Assembly: GCA_964545575.1 (NCBI GenBank)
Contig: CAZJFL010000003.1
Coordinates: 55,000-118,999, forward strand
Source: an uncultured Planctomycetales bacterium
GTDB taxonomy: Bacteria; Omnitrophota; Gorgyraeia; Gygaellales; Profunditerraquicolaceae
Length of the DNA: 64,000 nucleotides
Direction: 5' to 3'
Part shown: piece after piece, positions 1 through 9,695 of the stretch
How positions within the stretch are numbered: the stretch's first letter is position 1
Layout: every line of letters begins with the position of its first letter
Program-made: the position numbers and the translations under genes
Notes under the pieces: generated by a model
Told to the model about the DNA's origin: nothing
What the model saw: the letters and a program-made list of their open reading frames with translations, nothing else
Database searches by the model: none

Positions 1-570
1 GACGGCAATCCACATCGCAAGCTGTATAAGCAATACCAGCGGGGTCTCAAGGCCACTAGCCACAAAAATCCAGATTGAAGTGGAAAGAGAAAATAAAAAC
101 GCTGCTATTGCCGCCATGGCCTTTCCCAGACGGCTCGCCACATAGATGTAAAAAATAATAAGGGCAATGATGATACAGGCGACGTTAAAAAGACAAGAAA
201 AAATATACAAATTATTCATGCCTGCAATTAAATAGCCGGCTGCCATGCACAATAAATACAAAAAATTAGTATACCCCTCTACCCTCTCCCCCGGATTAAA
301 AACAAAACCGTTGCCCATGGCCAGATTCTGAGAATAGCGGTAACCAATGAATGCGTCCTCATTTCCCCAGGCATGCCCCGCCGAATCAGCATGAAAGTAA
401 CCAAAGAAAATATGGATAATCACGCCGGTGATTAAAATTAAAAGGCTGGCTAAAAGTGCAAGGGTATATCGCTTGCGCCGCAGAGAGAAAAATAATATAC
501 CTGTGAAAAAAAAGATAACTAAGGCGACAATCATTTTTATAAAAAAATAGCCAGTAAAAAAATGTGCCAT
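1..570 (-). CDS. GT-C type (ArnT/PMT-like) membrane glycosyltransferase; 5' part only, the gene continues past the window start
   Basis: Hand-translated minus strand from ATG at 570: MAHFFTGYFFIKMIVALVIFFF..., several TM segments and a GHAWGNEDAFIGYRYSQNLAMGNGFVFNPGE loop typical of GT39/GT83 enzymes. No stop within the window, so it is absent from the ORF track. Confidence 0.4.
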   Translation of the reverse strand, partial: MAHFFTGYFFIKMIVALVIFFFTGILFFSLRRKRYTLALLASLLILITGVIIHIFFGYFHADSAGHAWGNEDAFIGYRYSQNLAMGNGFVFNPGERVEGYTNFLYLLCMAAGYLIAGMNNLYIFSCLFNVACIIIALIIFYIYVASRLGKAMAAIAAFLFSLSTSIWIFVASGLETPLVLLIQLAMWIAV

Positions 571-710
571 GTCACCTTTCCCGTTTTCTGATATAATCAG
601 AAATGGTCAGTTACAAAACAGCCCGCGTATTTTTACCAGTTACTCTCCGATTATGTGAAATTGAGCCCGCCTCAAGCAATAAATCATGGGATTCCTATCA
701 CGGGCTTTAT

Positions 711-1883
711 TCAGCAGCGGCTATTACTTTTAATTACGCTGACAACGGCATCAATTACATCCCGGACATCCCTGTCACTCAGCTTGGCAGAAATCGGCAA
801 AGATACCGTCCTTTTAGAAATCCATTCCGCATTCGGAAAATCTCCCCACCGGTAACCCAGTTCCTTTTGGTAATAGGGGTGTAAATGCAGGGCGATATAA
901 TGCACGCCTGTGCCAATATTGCGCTTTGCCATGGCGTCTAAGAAACCATCCCGGCTGATTTTAAGCCTGTTGATATCAAGCAGCAGGGTGTAGAGATGGT
1001 ACGCATGCCTTATGCCTTTCTCGACAGGGGCCGGTATGAATACAGGCAGGCCCCCGAATGCTTCATTATATTTATTCCAGATCTCCTCTCTCCTCTTCCA
1101 GTATTTATTTATCCGGGGCAATTGATGGATGCCGATAGCAGCCTGCATATCCGTCATATTATATTTGTATCCGGGATATACAACTTTATAGTGCTTATAT
1201 CCTTTGTCCGAGAATCTCTTCCAGGCATCCTTGGTCATGCCCTGCAGCGCCAGTATCTTTATTTTCTCATCGTATCGCGGATTATCCGTAATCACCATTC
1301 CCCCTTCTGCGGTGGTGATATTTTTGGTAACATAAAAACTGAAACAGCCGAGCTCTCCGAAAGTCCCGGCCTTCCTGCCGTGATATTCCGCCTCAATCGC
1401 GTGCGCGCAATCCTCCACTACTTTAAGGGAAGATTTTCTGGCAAGCTTCATAATCTCATCCATATTAGAGGGGCGGCCGGCAAAATGCACCGGGATTATC
1501 GCTTTTGTCCTGCGGGTAATTTTTCTTTTTATGTCTTCGGGTTCGATGTTAAGCGTATCTCTCTGGCAATCAACAAAAACAGGCCTTGCCCCTGCCTGTA
1601 TAACGGCATTGGCAGTGCTGGCAAATGTCATCGCAGGCAAAATCACCTCATCCCCGCGTTTTGCCCCGATGACCAACATAGAAAGATGCAGCGCAGCAGT
1701 GCAAGAGCTTAAAGCTGCGGCGAATCTGCTGCCTTTGTATTTCTTAAACATCTCCTCGAATTTCTGGACTCTGGGGCCGGTGCCTACCCAGCCGGAGTCT
1801 AGCGTAGCCAGGACTTCGTCGATTTCCGGGCGCTCAATCAGGGGAGAGCCGAAAATTAAAAAATCTTTTCTCTTTTTTGACAT
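711..1883 (-). CDS. DegT/DnrJ/EryC1/StrS family PLP-dependent sugar aminotransferase
   Basis: 390 aa. The fold-type I aminotransferase pattern (GDEVILPAMTFASTANAV, VVEDCAHAIEAEY, SFYVTKNITTAEGGMV) matches nucleotide-sugar aminotransferases. Confidence 0.85.
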   Translation of the reverse strand: MSKKRKDFLIFGSPLIERPEIDEVLATLDSGWVGTGPRVQKFEEMFKKYKGSRFAAALSSCTAALHLSMLVIGAKRGDEVILPAMTFASTANAVIQAGARPVFVDCQRDTLNIEPEDIKRKITRRTKAIIPVHFAGRPSNMDEIMKLARKSSLKVVEDCAHAIEAEYHGRKAGTFGELGCFSFYVTKNITTAEGGMVITDNPRYDEKIKILALQGMTKDAWKRFSDKGYKHYKVVYPGYKYNMTDMQAAIGIHQLPRINKYWKRREEIWNKYNEAFGGLPVFIPAPVEKGIRHAYHLYTLLLDINRLKISRDGFLDAMAKRNIGTGVHYIALHLHPYYQKELGYRWGDFPNAEWISKRTVSLPISAKLSDRDVRDVIDAVVSVIKSNSRC

Positions 1884-1887
1884 CTCT

Positions 1888-3279
1888 TTAACCCACCGTA
1901 GCTACCGCTACTTCTGCGCTAGCCTCCTGCTCACCCAACAACCGCGGCAATGACAAAACTATGGCTGCCATAAACCAGAATGGCTCCATAACGATAATTA
2001 TAATGAAAGTATTTGTGCTGATTGCCTGCATCAGGAGCCCGACAAAACCAGCCATAAACCCTACGGCAAGCCCCTTGCTAAAGTTATCTTCTCTGGCTAA
2101 AATCTCGCCCAATGCTTCTTTGGCTACTTTAAAAAACCTGAAGAGCGCCCGCAGGAACAAAAATAATCCCAGAAGCCCCGATTCACAAAGCACTAAAAAC
2201 AGCTGGCTGTCAATAAAATATTTGCCGACGCCGTGGCCGATAATAGGGCTTGCCGGGAATCTTTCAAATAATACTATCTTCCAGCTCTCCAGGCGCGCCT
2301 GGGGAGAATCTTCCCATTTCAGAGTAGGCCCCTCTACAGATTGTTGCACCGTAAGCGTCTCCGTTATCCTGTCCCTGACCATAGTAGGCATAAACACTAC
2401 TGCCAAAAGCAAAACAGCGATTACCAGATATATAAGATTAAATCTTTTGGAAAAGAAAACAAAACTGACGAGCATGGGTATAAAAGCCAGGTAAGAACCT
2501 CTGGATAGAGTGTAGAGGAACCCTCTGAACATTAACAATAACAGAATAGCTAATAATGCCCTGATATAGAGCGGGCGCGCATACACTAAAAGGCCTGCGA
2601 CAATAGCAATCATAAAAAGCAGATACCCTCCCAGGGTCCCTGGCTCATCGCCTCCCACTTTCGTGACCGGCGGAGCTGCCCTGAAATACTGCACCCCAGC
2701 CAGCTGCTGCTGCTCAATATACTGGTGGGCATGAATTGAAACAAAGAGCGCAGTCAGCAGGAATATCAATATGAATATCTTGGCCTGCCCGAGGCTTCTC
2801 ATGTTTTCCCTGACTATTAAAAATAAAAGAAAATATTCCAGATATTTGAGTATCGTAAAAAAGCTCTGCTTGAGGTCTATGTCAGCTGATAGTGCTGCTA
2901 TCGACGTAGCGAGCGCGCAGAAAGCATAATACATGAAAAAACAGGCAGTGAGCTTAGTCTTAAATACTGCCGTAACATCTTTTGTCATGGCTGTCCTGAT
3001 AAAAGAAGCCAAAATAACCACTAATAAGAAAATATCCTCTATGCGTACGGTTACCCCTCTGACAGAAGTGCTGCCCATTGTTATTTCCGGAGAAAAAAGC
3101 ATGGAGACTATAATTATCACCAGGCCTATGTCCGGGTTGATCAGGGTCGGTATAAAAACCAGAAGAAAAATCAGGAAGCCGGTAGTCTGCGGGTTAAACT
3201 GCGCCTTTGCCAAAAAAAAAGTTATGCTCAGGCCCATGAGTAAAATACCGAAATAGACTAAAAGCTTATTTTTATCCAT
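1888..3279 (-). CDS. Polytopic membrane protein, Wzy/O-antigen ligase-like polysaccharide polymerase candidate
   Basis: 463 aa with about 10-12 hydrophobic helices and one larger loop. The call rests on its position within the EPS locus and its topology only. Confidence 0.45.
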   Translation of the reverse strand: MDKNKLLVYFGILLMGLSITFFLAKAQFNPQTTGFLIFLLVFIPTLINPDIGLVIIIVSMLFSPEITMGSTSVRGVTVRIEDIFLLVVILASFIRTAMTKDVTAVFKTKLTACFFMYYAFCALATSIAALSADIDLKQSFFTILKYLEYFLLFLIVRENMRSLGQAKIFILIFLLTALFVSIHAHQYIEQQQLAGVQYFRAAPPVTKVGGDEPGTLGGYLLFMIAIVAGLLVYARPLYIRALLAILLLLMFRGFLYTLSRGSYLAFIPMLVSFVFFSKRFNLIYLVIAVLLLAVVFMPTMVRDRITETLTVQQSVEGPTLKWEDSPQARLESWKIVLFERFPASPIIGHGVGKYFIDSQLFLVLCESGLLGLFLFLRALFRFFKVAKEALGEILAREDNFSKGLAVGFMAGFVGLLMQAISTNTFIIIIVMEPFWFMAAIVLSLPRLLGEQEASAEVAVATVG

Positions 3280-3323
3280 TCTTAAAAACCCGCGCCTTTA
3301 GAGCTTATCTATGTATAGCGAGA

Positions 3324-4457
3324 TTAAACCGAATCCTGGATAGACGGAAAATCCTGATTAGATAGATCTATGATAATGTTTTCTTTAGGCGGCTCGTTAC
3401 TGGCATCCCTGATAATCATCACTACCGGCCGTAAGGGAGAACCCGGCTCGACACTAATAACCTTGGCTAACTCTTGCGTATCTAGCCTGACAATGCTGCC
3501 TATCGGATAGACGGACATCTTATTGATGAATACCTTCAGCACGTCCGGGTCAAAATAATCTTTGGCGCCAGCCAGAAGGAACCGGATAGCCTTATGCGCG
3601 CTCATCCCCTGGCGGTACGGCCGGCTGTTGGTAAGCGCCTCGTAGGTATCTGCCAGCCCGATTATCTTGGCATAGGGATTTATATTTTCTGATTTTATGC
3701 CCCGGGGATAACCTTTACCAGAGAAGCGCTCATGGTGCATGCGTATAGTCTCTTTTACGAGGTCGTTGATGGCAGGGATCCTATCAACTACTTTTAAACT
3801 TTTGGAAATATGCGTCTTTATTAAAACGAGCTCTTCTTCGGTAAGTTGGCGGGGCTGGCCTGCGATTTCCCGCAAGGGATCCATTCCTATGTCGTAAAAT
3901 ATAGCCGCCAGCCCTAAATGGTTGAGACGAGATTTATTAAACCCCATATTTAAGCCTATGACAGAAGATAAGACCATAACGTTAGTGATGTGATAAGGCA
4001 GGTAATATTCGCCCCTCTCTCTGACATATATGTTATCCAATATACTATCCCCCAAGACCAACTGATTAAAGATGTCGTCTAAAAGGACTTCAATCTTGTC
4101 TATGTAGGGGAGCAGGTCTCCCTTGAGCCTCACTTTTTCCAGAAGGATATTTACTATCCCCACGGCGTCTTCGTAGATCTCCTGCGTCCTATCCTTATTA
4201 TCCACGCCGTATTTTCTCACTGCCGAAATAAGCTTCTTCGATAATAAGGCGCAATCTTCTTTTTTTGCGGTTTGTTTCTTATCGATTGCGATAATATTTT
4301 TAGGGAAACTTAGGGGTTGTTCGGCGGGCGCCTGCTGCGCGTTATCTGTGGGCGCAGTATTTTCTGGAACCGCCTCTTTTTTACCTTCATCATCTTTAGG
4401 CTGGCCTGCTTCGTCCTGCGGCACTTTATTTCTGAGGATATCAAACATCCTTGGCAT
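3324..4457 (-). CDS. HD-GYP domain c-di-GMP phosphodiesterase
   Basis: 377 aa. HHERFSGKGYPRG (the HD...GYP signature) lies in the C-terminal half. The N-terminus is a low-complexity Pro/Ala/Gln linker. Confidence 0.7.
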   Translation of the reverse strand: MPRMFDILRNKVPQDEAGQPKDDEGKKEAVPENTAPTDNAQQAPAEQPLSFPKNIIAIDKKQTAKKEDCALLSKKLISAVRKYGVDNKDRTQEIYEDAVGIVNILLEKVRLKGDLLPYIDKIEVLLDDIFNQLVLGDSILDNIYVRERGEYYLPYHITNVMVLSSVIGLNMGFNKSRLNHLGLAAIFYDIGMDPLREIAGQPRQLTEEELVLIKTHISKSLKVVDRIPAINDLVKETIRMHHERFSGKGYPRGIKSENINPYAKIIGLADTYEALTNSRPYRQGMSAHKAIRFLLAGAKDYFDPDVLKVFINKMSVYPIGSIVRLDTQELAKVISVEPGSPLRPVVMIIRDASNEPPKENIIIDLSNQDFPSIQDSV

Positions 4458-5271
4458 GGACAGGAACCTCCTTGTTGAAATCTGAAGCGATTCTTTCGAT
4501 CAATCCCCCGTCAACCTCCTTTACCTCCTGGCCAAAACCGATCAAAAGGCTCATATCGCAAATATTATTTATCTTCCTCGGCAGGCCCTGGGCGTGGTCA
4601 TAAATGGCCTGCATAGCCTCTGCGGTAAATATCTCGCTCTTAGCACCTGCTACGCTAAGGCGGTGTTTGATATACTCCTCAGTCTCTTTTCTATCAAGGG
4701 CTGCCAAATGATATTTTATGCCTAACCTCTGCTCTAACTGCGGTATTGCCTTGACCTTGCCCAATAGTTCAGGTTGGCCTATCAATACCAGCGTAATCAG
4801 AAATTTATTATTCAGCTGAAAGTTAAGTATCAGCCTCAGCTCTTCAAAGGTTTCCTTGTTCTTGATAATCTGCGCCTCATCAATTAAAATCACGGTCTTT
4901 TTCTGGTCATTGTGATTTTTATAAATGATATCCTGCAGCATATGCAGCAGTTGCGGCTTTGAGCCTTGGATATGTTCGTTTTTCAACTGATAGATTATCT
5001 CCTGTATAAACTGGATAGGGGTAAGCTGCGGGTGGACGATAAGCGCGACCTCATAGATCTTGTTTTTTATAAGTTCCTCTATGATAATCCTGCTTAATAC
5101 GGTTTTACCCGAACCGTATTCTCCGGAGAGCATCGCAGCCCCCTTCTCCTCTTTTATGGCATAGAGCATCCTGGTAAGGGCTTCTTCATGCTTCTTGGAA
5201 TAATACATAAAACGCGGGTCAGGCGTGTTTTCAAAGGGTTTCTCGGCCAGGCCCCAGTATTTTTCATACAT
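4441..5271 (-). CDS. ExeA/GspA-like AAA ATPase (PEP-CTERM locus secretion-ATPase type)
   Basis: 276 aa with Walker A GEYGSGKT and Walker B VILIDEAQ. The architecture is that of the AAA ATPases that accompany Wzc/Wza in exosortase-type EPS loci. Confidence 0.65.
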   Translation of the reverse strand: MYEKYWGLAEKPFENTPDPRFMYYSKKHEEALTRMLYAIKEEKGAAMLSGEYGSGKTVLSRIIIEELIKNKIYEVALIVHPQLTPIQFIQEIIYQLKNEHIQGSKPQLLHMLQDIIYKNHNDQKKTVILIDEAQIIKNKETFEELRLILNFQLNNKFLITLVLIGQPELLGKVKAIPQLEQRLGIKYHLAALDRKETEEYIKHRLSVAGAKSEIFTAEAMQAIYDHAQGLPRKINNICDMSLLIGFGQEVKEVDGGLIERIASDFNKEVPVHAKDV

Positions 5272-7219
5272 TTTTTCCGCCCTCCTCTGTCTTTTTTTCC
5301 GAAGGATCCTTGCCGTAATACTTTTTGCTGTAATAATAGTAATAGGCGCTCATGCCAATCTCGGGGGTAACGTTATTTAAGATGATGCCGGCAAGCGATT
5401 TTTTGCCCCTGACGCTCTCTATCTGTATCTTTGACCTGCGCAGCGCCAAACGTGAGGTAGAACCTGCCCGGTAGACTAACAAGACGCCGTCTACTTTAGG
5501 CAATAGAATAGAAGGTTCGCTTACTGCCAATACAGGAGAGGTGTCCATGAGCACCACATCGTATCTGTTTCTAAAATACTGCAGAGTCTCATCGAGTTTA
5601 GAGGAATTAAACAGGGCTATGGTATTGGGGAAAGTTGAGCCTGCAGTGACTACATTGAGATTATTCAACCAGGGTTTCTCGATTATCCTATCGATAGAGG
5701 TAGAGCCCAACATTATATCTGTAGCGGTTTTTATGCTGGCCTCGATGCTTATTTTGCCCGTCAGAATATCGGTCAGGCCATTCTCCTTCTCTTTCAGGCC
5801 GAAGCTCTTGTGTATATGGGCCCTGCGGGTATCGGCATCGACCACCAGGACCTTATAACCCATCTGCGCCATAATCACACCGAGGCTGGAGACAATGACG
5901 GTTTTGCCCTCCTCCGGCTTGGAGCTGGTGATAAGAATTATATTATTCTTTATCTTTCCGTTTTTACCAAAAATCACCTGCAGGTTTACGCCTAAAAGGC
6001 GAAAGGCTTCAAGAAACAAAGAGGTACGGTCGGACTTTTCCAGATCAAGGATATACGTAGGCCTTAAGTCTAGAGCCATGTTTTCTTTTTTGAAAAGAGT
6101 CCAGTGCTTCTTTTTGCCACTCCTCTTCTCCTCCTCCTCATAATACTCTGTGCAGTAAGGAATAATTCCCACCACGCCTACTTTTACGAAAGTTTCAATA
6201 TCATCCACCCTGCCGATGGAAGTATCCAAATTCTCGGATACCAATGCCGTAGCAACGCCCAGAACTAAACCCAAGACTAGCCCTATTAAGTAATTCTTTT
6301 TCTTATCGGGCAAATACGGGGTTTTAGGCATTATAGCCGGGTTGATGATGACAATATTATCCAGTTTCTCCGCTTCTCTGATCTGGGCGGTCTGGAGCTG
6401 TTGTTTTAAGGCATTGTACAGGGTCTCGTTAATCTTGGTATCCCGCTGCAGGATACCATATTCGAATTCCTCTTTGGGCAATGAGTTAAGTTTCTGCTTT
6501 AATATGGATCTTTCCTCTTCCATGTTGACTAAAAGAGGGTATTTGGGCGTAAATCTGGTTGAGAAATCCGTTATCTTGTCATCCAAATCCCGAATCTGCT
6601 GCATAATGCTCGCTGCTACACCTACCGCACCCTGGGTGGTAAGAACACGCAGCCTCTCTTCCTGTTCCTTTAATTTTTCCGAAACATTGGCTAGCGTAGT
6701 CTCGATAAAAATCCTTACATTACGCGTGCGCTCATTCTTCTGCTCCATGTTTATCTCTTTAAATGCCTGGGCCACGCCGTTGGCGAAATCCGTTGCTTTG
6801 GCGGCGTCAGTAAAATAAGTGTAAAGCCGTATCATGCTGCTTTTTTCTATTTCGACCGCCGAAACCTTGCTGGCCAAATCACTGACTATCCGCTCCGCCT
6901 CTCTTTTGGCAACGCCATCTTTTACCCATCCTAATTCTCTGGCGGCTCTTTCTATGACCGGGCCGGTAACCACCTGTCTTATGTAATCGGAAAGCTCATA
7001 AGGCTGCATGTACGAAGAGCGGCTCGGAAATATCACATCGGAAGGGAGCGAGGTAGACTCTATCTTTAAAAGGACCGTTGCCCGATAAATTGGCACCTGA
7101 AAGTAAGTATAAAAAAAAGCACTGAAAAAAACTACCAGGAAGGCAAGAAGGATTTCCCATTTTCTCTTTAAGAATATTGTCGAGTAATCCCTCAGGTTTA
7201 GTTCGTAAAATTTCTCCAT
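5264..7219 (-). CDS. wzc: Polysaccharide co-polymerase / tyrosine autokinase (Wzc/GumC-like, fused chain-length determinant plus BY-kinase)
   Basis: 651 aa. N-terminal TM, a long coiled-coil periplasmic region, a second TM, then a P-loop ATPase (SSKPEEGKTVIVSSLG, VLMDTSP). The C-terminal Tyr-rich tail SAYYYYYSKKYYGK is typical of BY-kinases. Confidence 0.8.
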   Translation of the reverse strand: MEKFYELNLRDYSTIFLKRKWEILLAFLVVFFSAFFYTYFQVPIYRATVLLKIESTSLPSDVIFPSRSSYMQPYELSDYIRQVVTGPVIERAARELGWVKDGVAKREAERIVSDLASKVSAVEIEKSSMIRLYTYFTDAAKATDFANGVAQAFKEINMEQKNERTRNVRIFIETTLANVSEKLKEQEERLRVLTTQGAVGVAASIMQQIRDLDDKITDFSTRFTPKYPLLVNMEEERSILKQKLNSLPKEEFEYGILQRDTKINETLYNALKQQLQTAQIREAEKLDNIVIINPAIMPKTPYLPDKKKNYLIGLVLGLVLGVATALVSENLDTSIGRVDDIETFVKVGVVGIIPYCTEYYEEEEKRSGKKKHWTLFKKENMALDLRPTYILDLEKSDRTSLFLEAFRLLGVNLQVIFGKNGKIKNNIILITSSKPEEGKTVIVSSLGVIMAQMGYKVLVVDADTRRAHIHKSFGLKEKENGLTDILTGKISIEASIKTATDIMLGSTSIDRIIEKPWLNNLNVVTAGSTFPNTIALFNSSKLDETLQYFRNRYDVVLMDTSPVLAVSEPSILLPKVDGVLLVYRAGSTSRLALRRSKIQIESVRGKKSLAGIILNNVTPEIGMSAYYYYYSKKYYGKDPSEKKTEEGGKNV

Positions 7220-7238
7220 AGTAATATCAAACCTTTAC

Positions 7239-8009
7239 CTATTGCCAACCTTTGTCAACATGCCCGCCAATTTCTCTGACTGCCCTTCTCAGATCAATCG
7301 CTGTCATCGCAGCATTGATAGTAGGCATCATGTTGTCTAAGAACTGGTTAAAATCAGCGATAAAGGCCTTAGGCACGAATATCAGATCATTTGGCTGCAA
7401 TATAATATCTTGCCTAGTCGTGCCTTTTGTAAGCACCTGCAGCATATTTATCCTGGTGACCTGCGGCTTATCGGTTAAGTTCCCGCGCACCAGCAGAACG
7501 CAATCCCTGCGGGACTTAACGGTGAAGTCCCCGGCTAATGCTATTGCATCGATTAAAGTCGCCCTGCCCTTGTAAGAGTATATTCCGGCGTAGCCCACTT
7601 CGCCTAAGACAATTACCTGATTGCCGGCAAACTTTGTCATCATCACCGAAACCTGCGGGTTCTTCACGTACTCGGAGATCTTTTCCCTAAATGTATCCTC
7701 GAGCTGGCCTACGCTTAAACCGGCAACTTTAATCCTGCCCACCAGAGGATAAGATATAAAACCGTCGGGCCCTACCACGATATGCTTGCTAAGGTCGGGG
7801 TTCTGCCAGATAAAAATTTCCATGGTATCTTCCGGCGCAATAAAATATTCAACCATGGGAAACTCTCCGGGCGTAGCTTCTTTTTCCGATGCCAGCGTAC
7901 CGCTCCTTACCCTTAAAAATTCCTGCCCCTGGGCAAAAGATTCTTGAACTCCGTAATATATTAGGAATAAAGAAAATATAACCCAAAGGATAAAAAAATT
8001 CTTTTTCAT
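7239..8009 (-). CDS. wza: Wza/GumB-like periplasmic polysaccharide export protein
   Basis: 256 aa with a signal peptide. The polysaccharide-export (Poly_export plus SLBB) pattern is present: PGDTMEIFIWQNPDLS, DGFISYPLVGRIKVAGLSVGQLE. Confidence 0.7.
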   Translation of the reverse strand: MKKNFFILWVIFSLFLIYYGVQESFAQGQEFLRVRSGTLASEKEATPGEFPMVEYFIAPEDTMEIFIWQNPDLSKHIVVGPDGFISYPLVGRIKVAGLSVGQLEDTFREKISEYVKNPQVSVMMTKFAGNQVIVLGEVGYAGIYSYKGRATLIDAIALAGDFTVKSRRDCVLLVRGNLTDKPQVTRINMLQVLTKGTTRQDIILQPNDLIFVPKAFIADFNQFLDNMMPTINAAMTAIDLRRAVREIGGHVDKGWQ

Positions 8010-8083
8010 AAAAATATAGGGCTCCTTTGCACTAAACTCCTATTCTATATTTTATCTTATACCGGTAAAAAATCAATCCTTTT

Positions 8084-9691
8084 TTAAGCGGGTTTTGGCA
8101 ATACTAATTTTGCTATCCCTTTAAAAATTCTCAAGATATAACTTCTCTGCCCCATTGCCTGCCGCGGGGGAAAAACCACCTTTTTTAAAATAATCAGGTA
8201 ATCCTTTAAGCAACGCGCCTCTGTTATTTCAAAAAAAATGTAGGCTAAAAACTTATCCAGGAAAGCCCTGCGCAGCCCTTCCTTCAAGATAACATTTTTA
8301 TTGGCAAAAGCCCGGATAAAAATGCGCTTAGGCGAAGAGAGGCCTAACCAAGCCAATAGTTCTCCAGGAAACCGGGGAACAAAAAAATCCTGATTCAGCC
8401 TGAGCGCTGCATATAGCGAGCCGCTCAGCCGCCATTTTTTTGCTTTATCCGCTAAACGCTGCCAGTTAATTTCCGGGGCATATTTTTGGAGCAATCGGTT
8501 GATATCAGCTACGGCTCTTAAGGTCCGGAAGGAATTGCTGTTGACCAGATGCGCCGAAAGGTAAAGCAGGAGCTCTTCCGGCTTAAAATCGTAATAACTT
8601 GCCCCCTCCCGCTCCACCGGCTCTGTGCCCTCCCATAATCCCTCGATGCGCTCGCGGCTGCGCACCATCATTGTTATATCCCAGTGTAGATCCACTTTTT
8701 TTTCTTTGGATTTAGAAAACTCATACTGCCATTGCCACTTTTCCACAAGTTCGGCCCTGGAGAACCGATAGCCAACCCCCTCTAATGCATTTTTTGTAAT
8801 TTCTCTATCCTCTTCTTTTATCAAAAAATCAAAATCGCAGCTTATGCCCCTTCCTGCAATATTTCCATAAAGCCTCTTAGCCAAAATTGTTCCCTTTAAG
8901 GGTAAAACCAGAATACCCTTTTTTGTAAACACCCCTAGAAGTTCCTCCAGCTGCTTATGCTGGTAATTGACTTCTGAGATTATGAAAAGGTAACTGAATT
9001 TTAATCTATCAAAGACAAATTGCGGGATATCTCGGCGGGGGGCAATTTCTCTTAAGGCATCATACACCAAAATAGTAACTCCTTTTTTCATCGCCAATTC
9101 TAAAAATCTCTGCCAGTAAAGGCCTTCCTTTATTAAACTTGCGGCTTCCTTTTTTAATTTTTCATCTAAATTTTTCTGGCAACAGATTAAGAGAAGCTCT
9201 TCGGTGTTGTAGAGCAAGGGGTTTGCCTTTTTTAATCTATTTTTTAGCTTAAATAGAAACAGCCTCCATTCGATGGCTAAACTTATGTACTTTGATAAAA
9301 AGCTAAGCGCCTTTGGATACCTCAATGAGAGTTGCGCAATAAACCTGTTAAAACGCCTCCATAAAGGCAGATTTAAATCAAAGCTGATTTTTCCCCTCCG
9401 GATTTCGGTTACTCTGCCGACAATTGATTCCGAATTTACTGGATTTTCCAGTCCCCCTTTATGGGCATCTCCTTTTGTAAAATAGGCTGTTTTTCCATCC
9501 TGCTCAATAATCTTTACCACCCGATGGGTGAGAAAAAGCTTTTCTTTATTTATCGGCACAACTTTTATGCAGTCGCCATTTTTTATAAAAGGGCACATGC
9601 TTAAACCTTTGGCGTTGAAATATAGAGGCTTGGCCTCCTGCGTTAAGCTTGAGCCTAAAGCCTTTGCTTTTTGTTCTTCTTTTACGATCAT
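8084..9691 (-). CDS. Fusion protein: N-terminal S24/S26-type (LexA/signal-peptidase-like) serine peptidase domain plus C-terminal uncharacterised nucleotidyltransferase-family domain
   Basis: The N-terminal ~130 aa carry KGLSMCPFIKNGDCIKV (the GxSMxP nucleophile motif) followed by downstream Lys residues. The C-terminal ~400 aa look like the 'nucleotidyltransferase family protein' (NTP_transf_5-like) found with PqqD/HprK-like genes. The likely start is the internal Met at 9691, which avoids overlap with the ABC gene. Confidence 0.5.
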   Translation of the reverse strand: MIVKEEQKAKALGSSLTQEAKPLYFNAKGLSMCPFIKNGDCIKVVPINKEKLFLTHRVVKIIEQDGKTAYFTKGDAHKGGLENPVNSESIVGRVTEIRRGKISFDLNLPLWRRFNRFIAQLSLRYPKALSFLSKYISLAIEWRLFLFKLKNRLKKANPLLYNTEELLLICCQKNLDEKLKKEAASLIKEGLYWQRFLELAMKKGVTILVYDALREIAPRRDIPQFVFDRLKFSYLFIISEVNYQHKQLEELLGVFTKKGILVLPLKGTILAKRLYGNIAGRGISCDFDFLIKEEDREITKNALEGVGYRFSRAELVEKWQWQYEFSKSKEKKVDLHWDITMMVRSRERIEGLWEGTEPVEREGASYYDFKPEELLLYLSAHLVNSNSFRTLRAVADINRLLQKYAPEINWQRLADKAKKWRLSGSLYAALRLNQDFFVPRFPGELLAWLGLSSPKRIFIRAFANKNVILKEGLRRAFLDKFLAYIFFEITEARCLKDYLIILKKVVFPPRQAMGQRSYILRIFKGIAKLVLPKPA

Positions 9692-9695
9692 TTTT

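Noticed and set aside
603-884. Plus-strand ORFs 603..884 and 655..855
   Set aside because: They lie in or overlap the gap and 3' end of the minus-strand DegT gene, have no SD or domain motif, and show low-complexity composition; they are likely spurious.
996-1953. Plus-strand ORFs 996..1712 and 1531..1953
   Set aside because: Antisense shadows fully inside the well-supported DegT aminotransferase gene.
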